NCBI GenBank assembly: GCA_965242725.1
Contig: CBDESZ010000004.1
Span: 256,001-320,000 of the forward strand
DNA from: Alkalispirochaeta sp.
GTDB taxonomy: Bacteria > Spirochaetota > Spirochaetia > DSM-27196 > Alkalispirochaetaceae
Reading direction: 5' to 3'
DNA length: 64,000 bases
Position numbers and translations under genes: made by a program. The notes beneath the pieces are model-generated. The model was given only the letters and a program-made list of their open reading frames with translations. It did not search any database and had not been told where the DNA came from. Positions 1 to 8,006 of this stretch are shown piece after piece. The first letter of the stretch is position 1. Each line of letters begins with the position of its first letter.

Positions 1-387
1 GGCTGAGACGACCGTACGCACCGCGCTTTCCACGACGTCATCGAGACGGGAGTAGGCGCGCTCCATCGTTGTGACGGACCGGTAGAAGAGCTGGGGGTCC
101 TCAATGCGCCACCGTGCGGTGGTGTCCACCCAGATGAACTGGTTTTCAGACGTGGGCATGCGCCGGGGGTCGCCGTCCCATGAGAGCAGCTTTGCCGAAT
201 ATGTTACCACCTGGTCTATGACGGGTGTCTTGAAATGCAGCCCCGGCTCCCTCGTCTCCTGAACAATCTGGCCGAATCGTATGACTACCGCCTGTTCACC
301 TTCCGTCACGATATAGAATGGACCGAGAAGGACGAGAAAGACGATCACGACGACGAGTACCGTTAAAAATCCTGCGAACTTTCTCAT
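1..387 (-). CDS. hflC: HflC protease modulator (N-terminal part; runs off window start)
   Basis: Manual translation MRKFAGFLTVLVVVIVFLVLLGPFYIVTEGEQAVVIRFGQIV...PGLHFKTP...WVDTTARWRIEDP is an SPFH/HflC N-terminus. ATGA overlap with the hflK stop. Confidence 0.9.
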   Translation of the reverse strand, partial: MRKFAGFLTVLVVVIVFLVLLGPFYIVTEGEQAVVIRFGQIVQETREPGLHFKTPVIDQVVTYSAKLLSWDGDPRRMPTSENQFIWVDTTARWRIEDPQLFYRSVTTMERAYSRLDDVVESAVRTVVSA

Positions 388-1409
388 TGCTGACCTCCCG
401 TCGTGTTGGCGCCGTCCCGCTGGAGGTTAAGCAACGGAATAAAATTGGAGAGGTTTCGGTCGATGAGCTCCGGCACCTCCCGTCCGGTGATGTCGTCTCC
501 CGATGCGTCCTGGGCGGGAAGGAAGACGTCCTCCACCATCTCATAATAGAGACGGGTGCGCATCGTCTGCTCATCGTTGCGGTACTCGGTGAGAACGTTT
601 GTAAATCGCGAGGCGTCACCGCGGGCGCGATTGACACGCTCGGCGGAATATCCCCGTGCAATCTGGACGACCTGTTCCGCCTCACCGCGGGCGCGGGGGA
701 TTTCCCGGTTGTACTCTTCCCGACCTTCGTTGATAAGCCGGTTCATATCCTGGACGGCACGGTTGACGTCTTCAAAGGCGTCCTGCACGCGTCCGGCGGG
801 AGGAACGATGTTCTGCAAGCGAACGGCGGTGACGTTGACACCGAGTTCATAGTTCCCGAAGAGCTCGTTCATCTGTTCCTGCGCGAGGATCTCAATCGAC
901 GGCCGCTCGTCACCGAGCACATCCATGATCGATCGATCACCGACGAGGCGGTTCACCACGGACTGGGATATGTCCCGAATCGTCCTGATCGGCTCGTCAA
1001 CCTTGAAGAGCCAGTTTCTCGGCTCATCGATGCGATACTGGATGATCCACTCCACATCAACGATGTTCAAATCACCGGTGAGCATGAGACTCTCTTCCGG
1101 GAAATCCTGACTGGAGAGAACAGTGTTCACTCCCGGTCGTTCAACCCGAAATCCAAACTGCATGTTCTGAATCACTTGTGTTGGGACGTTGTAATTCTGC
1201 TCGATTCCAAACGGTAATTTAAAATGGAGGCCCGGGGAGGCGGTACGGTTGTACCTGCCGAACCGCGTCACTACCGCCTCTTCCGTCTGGTCGACGACGA
1301 AGAAGGCGGTCGTTGCAATACCGATAAGAACGAGCACGATCACTACGACTGCCAGTACTTTCCCGTTCACTTTAAAGGGAAAGCGAGGCTGCTGGTCGGA
1401 ATCCGACAT
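384..1409 (-). CDS. hflK: HflK FtsH protease modulator
   Basis: N-terminal TM, VVTRFG...PGLHFKLP, MLTGDLNIVDV, VQDAFEDV, IPRARGEA motifs. AAGGAG RBS before MSDSDQQ. Confidence 0.93.
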   Translation of the reverse strand: MSDSDQQPRFPFKVNGKVLAVVVIVLVLIGIATTAFFVVDQTEEAVVTRFGRYNRTASPGLHFKLPFGIEQNYNVPTQVIQNMQFGFRVERPGVNTVLSSQDFPEESLMLTGDLNIVDVEWIIQYRIDEPRNWLFKVDEPIRTIRDISQSVVNRLVGDRSIMDVLGDERPSIEILAQEQMNELFGNYELGVNVTAVRLQNIVPPAGRVQDAFEDVNRAVQDMNRLINEGREEYNREIPRARGEAEQVVQIARGYSAERVNRARGDASRFTNVLTEYRNDEQTMRTRLYYEMVEDVFLPAQDASGDDITGREVPELIDRNLSNFIPLLNLQRDGANTTGGQQ

Positions 1410-1647
1410 GATGCGCTCCTTGTTTCTTTGACTCTGTCCTGATGGGCGTCTGTAGAACCCCGTGGACATCCTGTCTAAATTATCCCGGCAGGTGCATGGA
1501 GTCAAGAAACGATGCGTCGTCGACTGGAAAAGGTCGGGGACCATCGTTCACATTGCCCGGGGCACACCTCCCGACGGTGGCGGTAGTCCTTTACAGATGA
1601 CGGGAAATCATGGTGCACTATGGCCTGCAATTTTCTGGAGGCAATGT

Positions 1648-2736
1648 ATGAAGAAATTGATATTGCTGGCAGCGTTTGCGACGATCCTGGGGGTCGCGAC
1701 GGTCGCTGCCGGAGGAAACAAAGAAGAATCCAACGGTGCGGGAGCGGAACAGGCAACGGAAGCCGGAACCGCGACGGCACAGGGTGAACGCATTACCGTC
1801 GACGACGCGGTTGCGCGGGTAAACGGCGAGCTCATATCCCGGGAAGAGTTTGATAATATCATGGCGAGCAACATCAGTCGCTTTGAGGCGCAAAACCAGC
1901 AGCAGTTTGATGAGAATTATCGACCCCAGCTGGAACGGCAGGTGCTTGACGGCCTTATCACCCGCACGCTTCTTGAACAGGAAGCGGAATCGGCAGGCAT
2001 CACCGTCTCGGATGAACGGCTCGATCAGACGCTGGAACAGTTCAAGAGCCAGTTTCCCAACGAGAGTGCCTACCTTATGGCCCTCGAGCAGGAGGGGTTC
2101 ACCGAGGATGAATTTGTCGGTGAACTTCGTCGCCAATTGCTGATCGAATCGCTGATCCAGACGGAGGTCTATGACAACGTCACCGTGAGCGAGGAGATGA
2201 TGCGCAATTTCTACGACGATAATCCGCAGTATTTTGATATTCCCGAGCAGGTCTCGGCGCGGCACATCATTCTCACCACCCAGGGAATCACCGATGAGAA
2301 CGCCCTTGCGGCAAAACGGGAAGAGCTTGAAGAGATCCGACAGGAGATCCTCGACGGCGCCGACTTTGAAGAGGTGGCCCGGGAACGAAGTGAAGGGCCC
2401 AGTGCATCCGACGGCGGCAATCTCGGGTCCTTTGGACGGGGGCAGATGGTACCGGAATTTGAAGAGGCCGCCTTTGCCCTGGAGCCGGGTGAGATTTCCG
2501 AGGTTGTGGAGACGCAATTCGGATATCACATCGTCCAGGTTACCGAAAAGACTCCGGGACGGACGGAAAGCTATGACGAAGCCGAAGAGAACATTCGTAC
2601 CTTTCTGACCGAACAGGAACAGAATGTGGCGGTCCAGCACTATCTCTCCGATCTGCGCCGTGAGGCGGAGATCACGGAGCTCATAGAAATCGATCTTCCC
2701 GCACCGGGACAGCAACCCGCCCAGGGAGCGCAGTGA
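1648..2736 (+). CDS. Periplasmic parvulin-type peptidyl-prolyl isomerase (PrsA/SurA-like)
   Basis: Signal peptide, SurA-N-like VARVNGELI, rotamase motifs VSARHII and GGNLGSFGRGQMVPEFEEAAF...TQFGYHIV. GGAGG RBS. Confidence 0.9.
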   Translation: MKKLILLAAFATILGVATVAAGGNKEESNGAGAEQATEAGTATAQGERITVDDAVARVNGELISREEFDNIMASNISRFEAQNQQQFDENYRPQLERQVLDGLITRTLLEQEAESAGITVSDERLDQTLEQFKSQFPNESAYLMALEQEGFTEDEFVGELRRQLLIESLIQTEVYDNVTVSEEMMRNFYDDNPQYFDIPEQVSARHIILTTQGITDENALAAKREELEEIRQEILDGADFEEVARERSEGPSASDGGNLGSFGRGQMVPEFEEAAFALEPGEISEVVETQFGYHIVQVTEKTPGRTESYDEAEENIRTFLTEQEQNVAVQHYLSDLRREAEITELIEIDLPAPGQQPAQGAQ

Positions 2737-2850
2737 CGACGGCGGATCGATTTGCGCCAGTCAGATCGGGAATGACCCATAATATTGGGCCAATTTGACC
2801 CATCGAGTCGCCGGAAAAACTGACATTTCCGTGTCGACTCGACCCAGCAG

Positions 2851-2881
2851 GCGGCGTCGATTCCGGCGCCGCTTTATTTTT
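2851..2881 (+). terminator. Probable intrinsic terminator after PPIase gene
   Basis: GCGGCGTCG-attc-CGGCGCCGC hairpin followed by TTTATTTTT. Confidence 0.55.
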
Positions 2882-2921
2882 ATCTCTTTGTAATATAACA
2901 AATTATCTCATATCATAAGCT

Positions 2922-2937
2922 TGGCACGGTCGTTGCA
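2922..2937 (+). promoter_or_regulatory. Sigma54 (RpoN) -24/-12 promoter of the hsp20 pair
   Basis: TGGCAC-GGTCG-TTGCA matches TGGCAC-N5-TTGC(A/T) exactly. AT-rich tract upstream; about 50 nt before the ATG. Confidence 0.8.
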
Positions 2938-2989
2938 TATTGTTTTATACGAAACGTGATCGTTCGGAATGAACGGAAAGGAGTTGCTT

Positions 2990-3448
2990 ATGTATCGGAC
3001 GCAGAGACGTGATTTGTGGCCGTTTAACGAGTTTGAGCGGCTTCGATCGGAGATCAACGACCTCTTTGAGGATGATCTCAGCTATGGAACCACCGGATTA
3101 TTTGATCGCTCCATCTCTCCCCGTCTTGATGTGGTGGAGACCGACGACGCCCTGCTCGTGGCATGCGATATCCCCGGTGTGGAAGCGAAGGATATCGAGC
3201 TGAATGTGGTGAACAACGTTCTGACGATTCAGGGCGAGAAGCGCCCGGCGGGTCGCGACAAGGAACGTGAGGATATCACCAACTACCGCCGTGAGACGTG
3301 GTACGGATCGTTTCAGCGGACTCTCGCGCTTCCTGACTCGATCGATCCCGACAAGGTTTCGGCGGAACTGAAAAACGGCGTGCTCTCCATTCACATCGCA
3401 AAACGGGAAGAGCGGAAGCCCAAACGGATCGGAATCAAGGTGAAATAG
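2990..3448 (+). CDS. Hsp20/alpha-crystallin small heat shock protein
   Basis: PRLDVVET...DIPGV...RRETWYGSFQRTLALPDSIDPDKVSAELKNGVLSI. AAGGAG RBS. Confidence 0.93.
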   Translation: MYRTQRRDLWPFNEFERLRSEINDLFEDDLSYGTTGLFDRSISPRLDVVETDDALLVACDIPGVEAKDIELNVVNNVLTIQGEKRPAGRDKEREDITNYRRETWYGSFQRTLALPDSIDPDKVSAELKNGVLSIHIAKREERKPKRIGIKVK

Positions 3449-3464
3449 GAAAAGGAGGCACAAA

Positions 3465-3866
3465 ATGAAAAACGAAGTTCAGACCCGGGAGTCGCGAGAC
3501 ATCGACAAGAGCCGTTCCGAGGAAACGCAGCAGCCGCGACGTCGCATTTATCCCGCGTATGAAGTGTGGGAAGAGAAGGGTGCCATCCATCTTCGCCTGG
3601 AAATGCCCGGCCTGGAACGGGACAACGTGGGTATTACCGTTGAGAGCAACCAGCTCACCATCACCGGGTCCCGGCCGGACTGGTCTGTGGAAGGACGGGT
3701 ACTCGTCCGTGAGCGCAGGGTAGGCGACTACTACCGGGTATTCACCCTGGACAAGACCGTGGATACCGAGGCGATCAATGCGGTAATGAAGGACGGCGTC
3801 CTCGATATTACCCTTGGTCTCGCCAAAGAGGCGCAACCGCGGAAGATCGAGATCAAGACGCATTAG
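3465..3866 (+). CDS. Hsp20/alpha-crystallin small heat shock protein (second of tandem pair)
   Basis: PAYEVWE...LEMPGL...ERRVGDYYRVFTL...AVMKDGVLDITL. AAGGAGG RBS. Confidence 0.92.
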   Translation: MKNEVQTRESRDIDKSRSEETQQPRRRIYPAYEVWEEKGAIHLRLEMPGLERDNVGITVESNQLTITGSRPDWSVEGRVLVRERRVGDYYRVFTLDKTVDTEAINAVMKDGVLDITLGLAKEAQPRKIEIKTH

Positions 3867-3900
3867 GACGTGCTGTAACGCGCTGAGATGTGACACATCC

Positions 3901-3935
3901 GCCGACGGCCGCACCGGGCCGCCGGCTTTTTTTTT
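3901..3935 (+). terminator. Intrinsic terminator after hsp20 pair
   Basis: GCCGaCGGCC...GGCCGcCGGC stem followed by a T9 run. Confidence 0.75.
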
Positions 3936-3968
3936 GCCAATTCATCAAGGTTCGATTACTTTTTTTGT

Positions 3969-4637
3969 ATGAGACTATCAATTACATATTTGGGACATTC
4001 AGGATTTCTCCTGGATGATGGTGAGTACCGGCTGGCGATTGATCCGTTTCTGACGGGAAATCCCGTCGCCGTTCATGAGCCGGAGGAGGTGGATGTCACC
4101 CACATCGCCCTGACCCACGGTCACGGAGACCATATGGGTGATACCGTTGCGATCGCCAAACGGACGGGAGCGATGGTCATCGGTGCCTTTGAAATCGCCA
4201 ACTATCTGGGCGAGCAGGGCATCGCCGATACGGTGGGCGGGAACCCCGGCGGAACGGTGAAATTGCCCTTCGGTTCGATAAGTTTCACCCACGCCTTTCA
4301 CTCGTCCTCCTACGAGGGGCGCTACATGGGGATGCCATGCGGCCTGGTTGTACGTATGGGGGGAGTGACGATGTACCACGCCGGAGACACGGGTCTCTTT
4401 TCCGATATGAAGCTTATCGGTGAGATCTACTCACCCGATATCGCCGCACTGCCAATCGGAGACCTCTTCACCATGGGGCCTGAACTGGCGACAAAGGCGG
4501 CGGAGTTCGTGGGGGCCGGGACGGCGATACCCATCCACTTCCGTACCTTTCCGCCGCTGGTCCAGAGCGCCGCGGCCTTCACGCCGAAAGGAATCACGGT
4601 GAAAGAGATGAAGCCGGGAGAGGTGTGGAAGGTCTAA
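3969..4637 (+). CDS. Metal-dependent hydrolase, metallo-beta-lactamase fold (UPF0173-like)
   Basis: YLGHSGF, IDPFLTGNP, THGHGDH, HAGDTGLF, PIH motifs. Confidence 0.9.
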   Translation: MRLSITYLGHSGFLLDDGEYRLAIDPFLTGNPVAVHEPEEVDVTHIALTHGHGDHMGDTVAIAKRTGAMVIGAFEIANYLGEQGIADTVGGNPGGTVKLPFGSISFTHAFHSSSYEGRYMGMPCGLVVRMGGVTMYHAGDTGLFSDMKLIGEIYSPDIAALPIGDLFTMGPELATKAAEFVGAGTAIPIHFRTFPPLVQSAAAFTPKGITVKEMKPGEVWKV

Positions 4638-4678
4638 GCCGTTGACGTCCCTTCGCACCGGTCATATCATGGGCGACC

Positions 4679-6946
4679 ATGAAGAAACGCCTTATCACCA
4701 GTGCGCTCCCGTACGTCAATAATATTCCCCATCTGGGAAACCTCATTCAGGTGCTCTCGGCAGACGTGTTTGCCCGGTTCTGTCGCAGTCGGGGATATGA
4801 AACGCTCTACATCTGCGGCACCGACGAGTACGGTACCGCCACTGAAACGCGCGCCCGGGAAGAGGGAATTACCCCGAAAGAGCTCTGTGACCGGTATCAC
4901 GCGATTCACACCGATATCTATGAGTGGTTTGAAATAGCCTTTGACAAGTGGGGCCGCACATCCACGCCGGAACATACACGGGTAACCCAGGATATTTTCC
5001 TGAAACTCCACGCAGCGGGGTATATCAGGGAAAAAACGATAGAGCAGCTCTACAGCGAGAGCTCCCAGATGTATCTCGCCGACCGGTACGTTCGGGGTAC
5101 GTGTCCCCACTGCGGATATGAAGATGCCCGGGGTGACCAGTGCGAGAACTGCGGAAAACTTCTTGATCCCACGGACCTGATCGACCCCAGGAGCGCCCTT
5201 GACGGCTCCACGCCGGTGGTACGGGAAACGACTCACCTGTACATAGACCTCCCCGCCATTCTGCCGAAACTGCAGGAATGGATGACCGTTGCCAGCGAAC
5301 GGGGCAAGTGGGCGCGTAATGCCGTTCAAATGACCCAGGCGTGGATTCGTGACGGCCTGCGGGAGCGTGCGATAACCCGCGACCTCAAGTGGGGTATACC
5401 GGTCCCCCTGAAGGGTTTTGAAGACAAGGTTTTTTACGTCTGGTTTGACGCGCCTATCGGGTACATTTCAATGACGGCAAGTCATACCGATCGCTGGGAT
5501 TCCGATTGGTGGAAGAACCCCGAGGAAGTTGAACTCTTCCAGTTTATCGGAAAGGACAACATTCCCTTTCACACGGTCATCTTCCCGTCCAGTCTTCTCG
5601 GCAGCGGTGACAAATGGACCCTTCTGCACCATATGTCCAGTTCCGAATATCTGAACTATGAGGGCGGTCAGTTTTCAAAGAGCAAGGGAATCGGTGTCTT
5701 CGGAAACGACGCCAGGGACACGGGAATACCCGCCGACGTGTGGCGGTTTTACATGTTCTATAACCGCCCCGAGACGAGCGACTACACATTCACGTGGGAT
5801 GATTTTCAGGAAAAGGTAAACGGTGAACTCATCGGGAATATTGCCAATCTGGTAAACAGGACCCTCACCTTTGTGGCACGGTATTTTGACGGTGAGGTGG
5901 TGGAAATACCCGCCGAGTCCCGGGAGGACGAGTTCTGGCAGGAGGTTCGCCGGAGAGAAGAGGCGATCACGGAAAAACTTGAATGGGCGGGCCTCCGCGA
6001 CGGGCTCAGGCAGATCTGTGCCCTTTCCAGTTACGGCAATCGCGTCTTTCAGGCGGCGGAGCCGTGGAAAACACGGAAAGACGACCCCCGGGGTACCCAT
6101 ATCCTCCTGAGCAACCTTGTGTATCTCATCAGAGACCTCTCCATTCTCCTTGAGCCGTACATACCCGGTACGGCGCGACGTCTCCGTGAGATGCTCGGTG
6201 TGACGGACGTGACGTGGAGCGACCTCGGAACGCCCTCTGGGCTCACCACGATCGGGAAGCCGGAAATCCTCTTTCAACAGCTGTCCGACGAGGTGATAGA
6301 AGAGATGCGGGAACGATTCAGCGGTAGTCAGGCGGAACGTGCCGCGAGGAATGCAAAGACGAAAGGAACAGACGTGGAAGCAACACAGAATGACAACGGA
6401 CCCACCGATGATCACGGTGGAGAGGACGCAAAGGCACAACGGTCGCCGGAAGAACAGTTCTCCGAGACGATAGAACTGCGGGCCGCCCGTATTGTTGAAA
6501 TTGAACGTCATCCCGAGGCGGACAAGCTGTATATCGAAAAACTCGACGACGGCACCGAGGAGGGGCGGACGATCGTCTCCGGCCTGGTTCCCTACTATGA
6601 ACCGGAGGAACTCCTCAACCGCACGATCATCGTCGTTGCAAACCTCAAACCGGCAAAACTGCGGGGAGTAAAGAGCAACGGCATGCTCCTCGCTGCAAGT
6701 GCGGACGATGTGGTGGAAGTGCTTTTTGTTGACCATCTTGCCCCGGGAACCCGGCTCTTTCTTGAGGGCGACCCGCGAAGCGGTGCGGACGGCGAGTCGG
6801 AAAGACCGAAACGCATCAAGGTCGATGACTTTTTTGCGGTCCCCATTCGTGTGGAAGATCGAAACGTCCTCGTGGGGGGGAAGAAGCTGCTGGCCGGAGA
6901 TCAGCCGGTAACGACCGGGAAAGTATCCGCAGGTACCGTTGGATAA
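4679..6946 (+). CDS. metG: Methionine--tRNA ligase with C-terminal tRNA-binding domain
   Basis: ITSALPYVNNIPHLGN (HIGH-like), Zn knuckle CPHC...CENC, FSKS (KMSKS-like), YVWFDAPIGY, C-terminal Trbp111-like NLKPAKLRGVKSNGMLL. Confidence 0.97.
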   Translation: MKKRLITSALPYVNNIPHLGNLIQVLSADVFARFCRSRGYETLYICGTDEYGTATETRAREEGITPKELCDRYHAIHTDIYEWFEIAFDKWGRTSTPEHTRVTQDIFLKLHAAGYIREKTIEQLYSESSQMYLADRYVRGTCPHCGYEDARGDQCENCGKLLDPTDLIDPRSALDGSTPVVRETTHLYIDLPAILPKLQEWMTVASERGKWARNAVQMTQAWIRDGLRERAITRDLKWGIPVPLKGFEDKVFYVWFDAPIGYISMTASHTDRWDSDWWKNPEEVELFQFIGKDNIPFHTVIFPSSLLGSGDKWTLLHHMSSSEYLNYEGGQFSKSKGIGVFGNDARDTGIPADVWRFYMFYNRPETSDYTFTWDDFQEKVNGELIGNIANLVNRTLTFVARYFDGEVVEIPAESREDEFWQEVRRREEAITEKLEWAGLRDGLRQICALSSYGNRVFQAAEPWKTRKDDPRGTHILLSNLVYLIRDLSILLEPYIPGTARRLREMLGVTDVTWSDLGTPSGLTTIGKPEILFQQLSDEVIEEMRERFSGSQAERAARNAKTKGTDVEATQNDNGPTDDHGGEDAKAQRSPEEQFSETIELRAARIVEIERHPEADKLYIEKLDDGTEEGRTIVSGLVPYYEPEELLNRTIIVVANLKPAKLRGVKSNGMLLAASADDVVEVLFVDHLAPGTRLFLEGDPRSGADGESERPKRIKVDDFFAVPIRVEDRNVLVGGKKLLAGDQPVTTGKVSAGTVG

Positions 6947-7958
6947 TGCCGTTATGGGCAAAGGCGGTCACGACGGAACGGGCGTGACGGTTCCGCTGCT
7001 TCAGAGCCCCTGGTGGCGAACCGTCAAGGAGTCCTTCGGATGGAAGGCGATCTGGCGGGAACCGCTGATTCTGCAGCGCCCCGTCGGACCCTTTCGCCTT
7101 GCCTACGCTCCCCACGCCTTTGACGACGAGGGAGCAACCCTCGCACAGGTTGTGGAAACCCTCGGTACCGCAGGGGCCGCGTCAAAGGCGACTCTCGTCA
7201 GGTGGGACGTGCCGTGGCGGCGTGAACGGTTTCCGGAAGCGGCGGCACATGAGACGGGGCTCGTCCCTTCGGTGATGCGCGTGCAACCGCCGGACACGGT
7301 GCTCCTGCCCCTTGCCGACGGGGAAGAGGCGATCCTCGCCGCCATGAAGCGGAAGACGCGATATAACATAGGTCTTGCCGGCAGGAAGGGTGTCACCCTC
7401 TCCACGATGACGGGACGGGAGATCGGTACGGTCCTTCCGGAATGGTATCGACTCTATCTTGAAACGGCGCGCCGGGATGGAATCACCGTCCACTCCCGGG
7501 GGTACTATGAAACGGTTGTGAGCGCCGCGCTGGGGCTCGAGTCCGAAGATGCTCCGCAACTGGAGCTCCTCTTTGCCCGCCATGAAGGAGAACTGCTGGG
7601 GGGAATCATGACCGCTTCCTGGAACGGCGTGACCACATACCTCTATGGTGCGAGTTCATCGCACAAACGAAATCTCATGGCTTCCTATGCCCTTCAGTGG
7701 GAGGCGATCACCCGCGCCATCGGACGGGGTGATCACAGCTATGATTTCTTCGGTATACCTCCGACGGACGATCCTGCTCATCCGATGCACGGGCTCTACC
7801 GGTTCAAGACCGGTTTCGGCGGGATGATCCTCCACCGGGCGGGTGCGTGGGATATACCGATGCGGAGACCCGGGGCGGATCTGTACCGGCAGGCGGAGCG
7901 ACTGCGAAAATGGTACCACTTCTCCCTGAAAAAGCGATTCCGTTCCGGCGGCGCGTGA
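6939..7958 (+). CDS. FemAB/FemX-family lipid II:amino acid transferase
   Basis: LLQSPWW..VK..FGW, MKRKTRYNI.LA.RKGV, YLYGASS, LQWEAI, YDFFGI, GLYRFKTGFGG motifs. Start codon uncertain. Confidence 0.88.
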   Translation: MDNAVMGKGGHDGTGVTVPLLQSPWWRTVKESFGWKAIWREPLILQRPVGPFRLAYAPHAFDDEGATLAQVVETLGTAGAASKATLVRWDVPWRRERFPEAAAHETGLVPSVMRVQPPDTVLLPLADGEEAILAAMKRKTRYNIGLAGRKGVTLSTMTGREIGTVLPEWYRLYLETARRDGITVHSRGYYETVVSAALGLESEDAPQLELLFARHEGELLGGIMTASWNGVTTYLYGASSSHKRNLMASYALQWEAITRAIGRGDHSYDFFGIPPTDDPAHPMHGLYRFKTGFGGMILHRAGAWDIPMRRPGADLYRQAERLRKWYHFSLKKRFRSGGA

Positions 7959-8006
7959 CAGGCGACCCTGCGTACTCTGCGGTACGCAACCACGAGTGAG
8001 GCGGTT

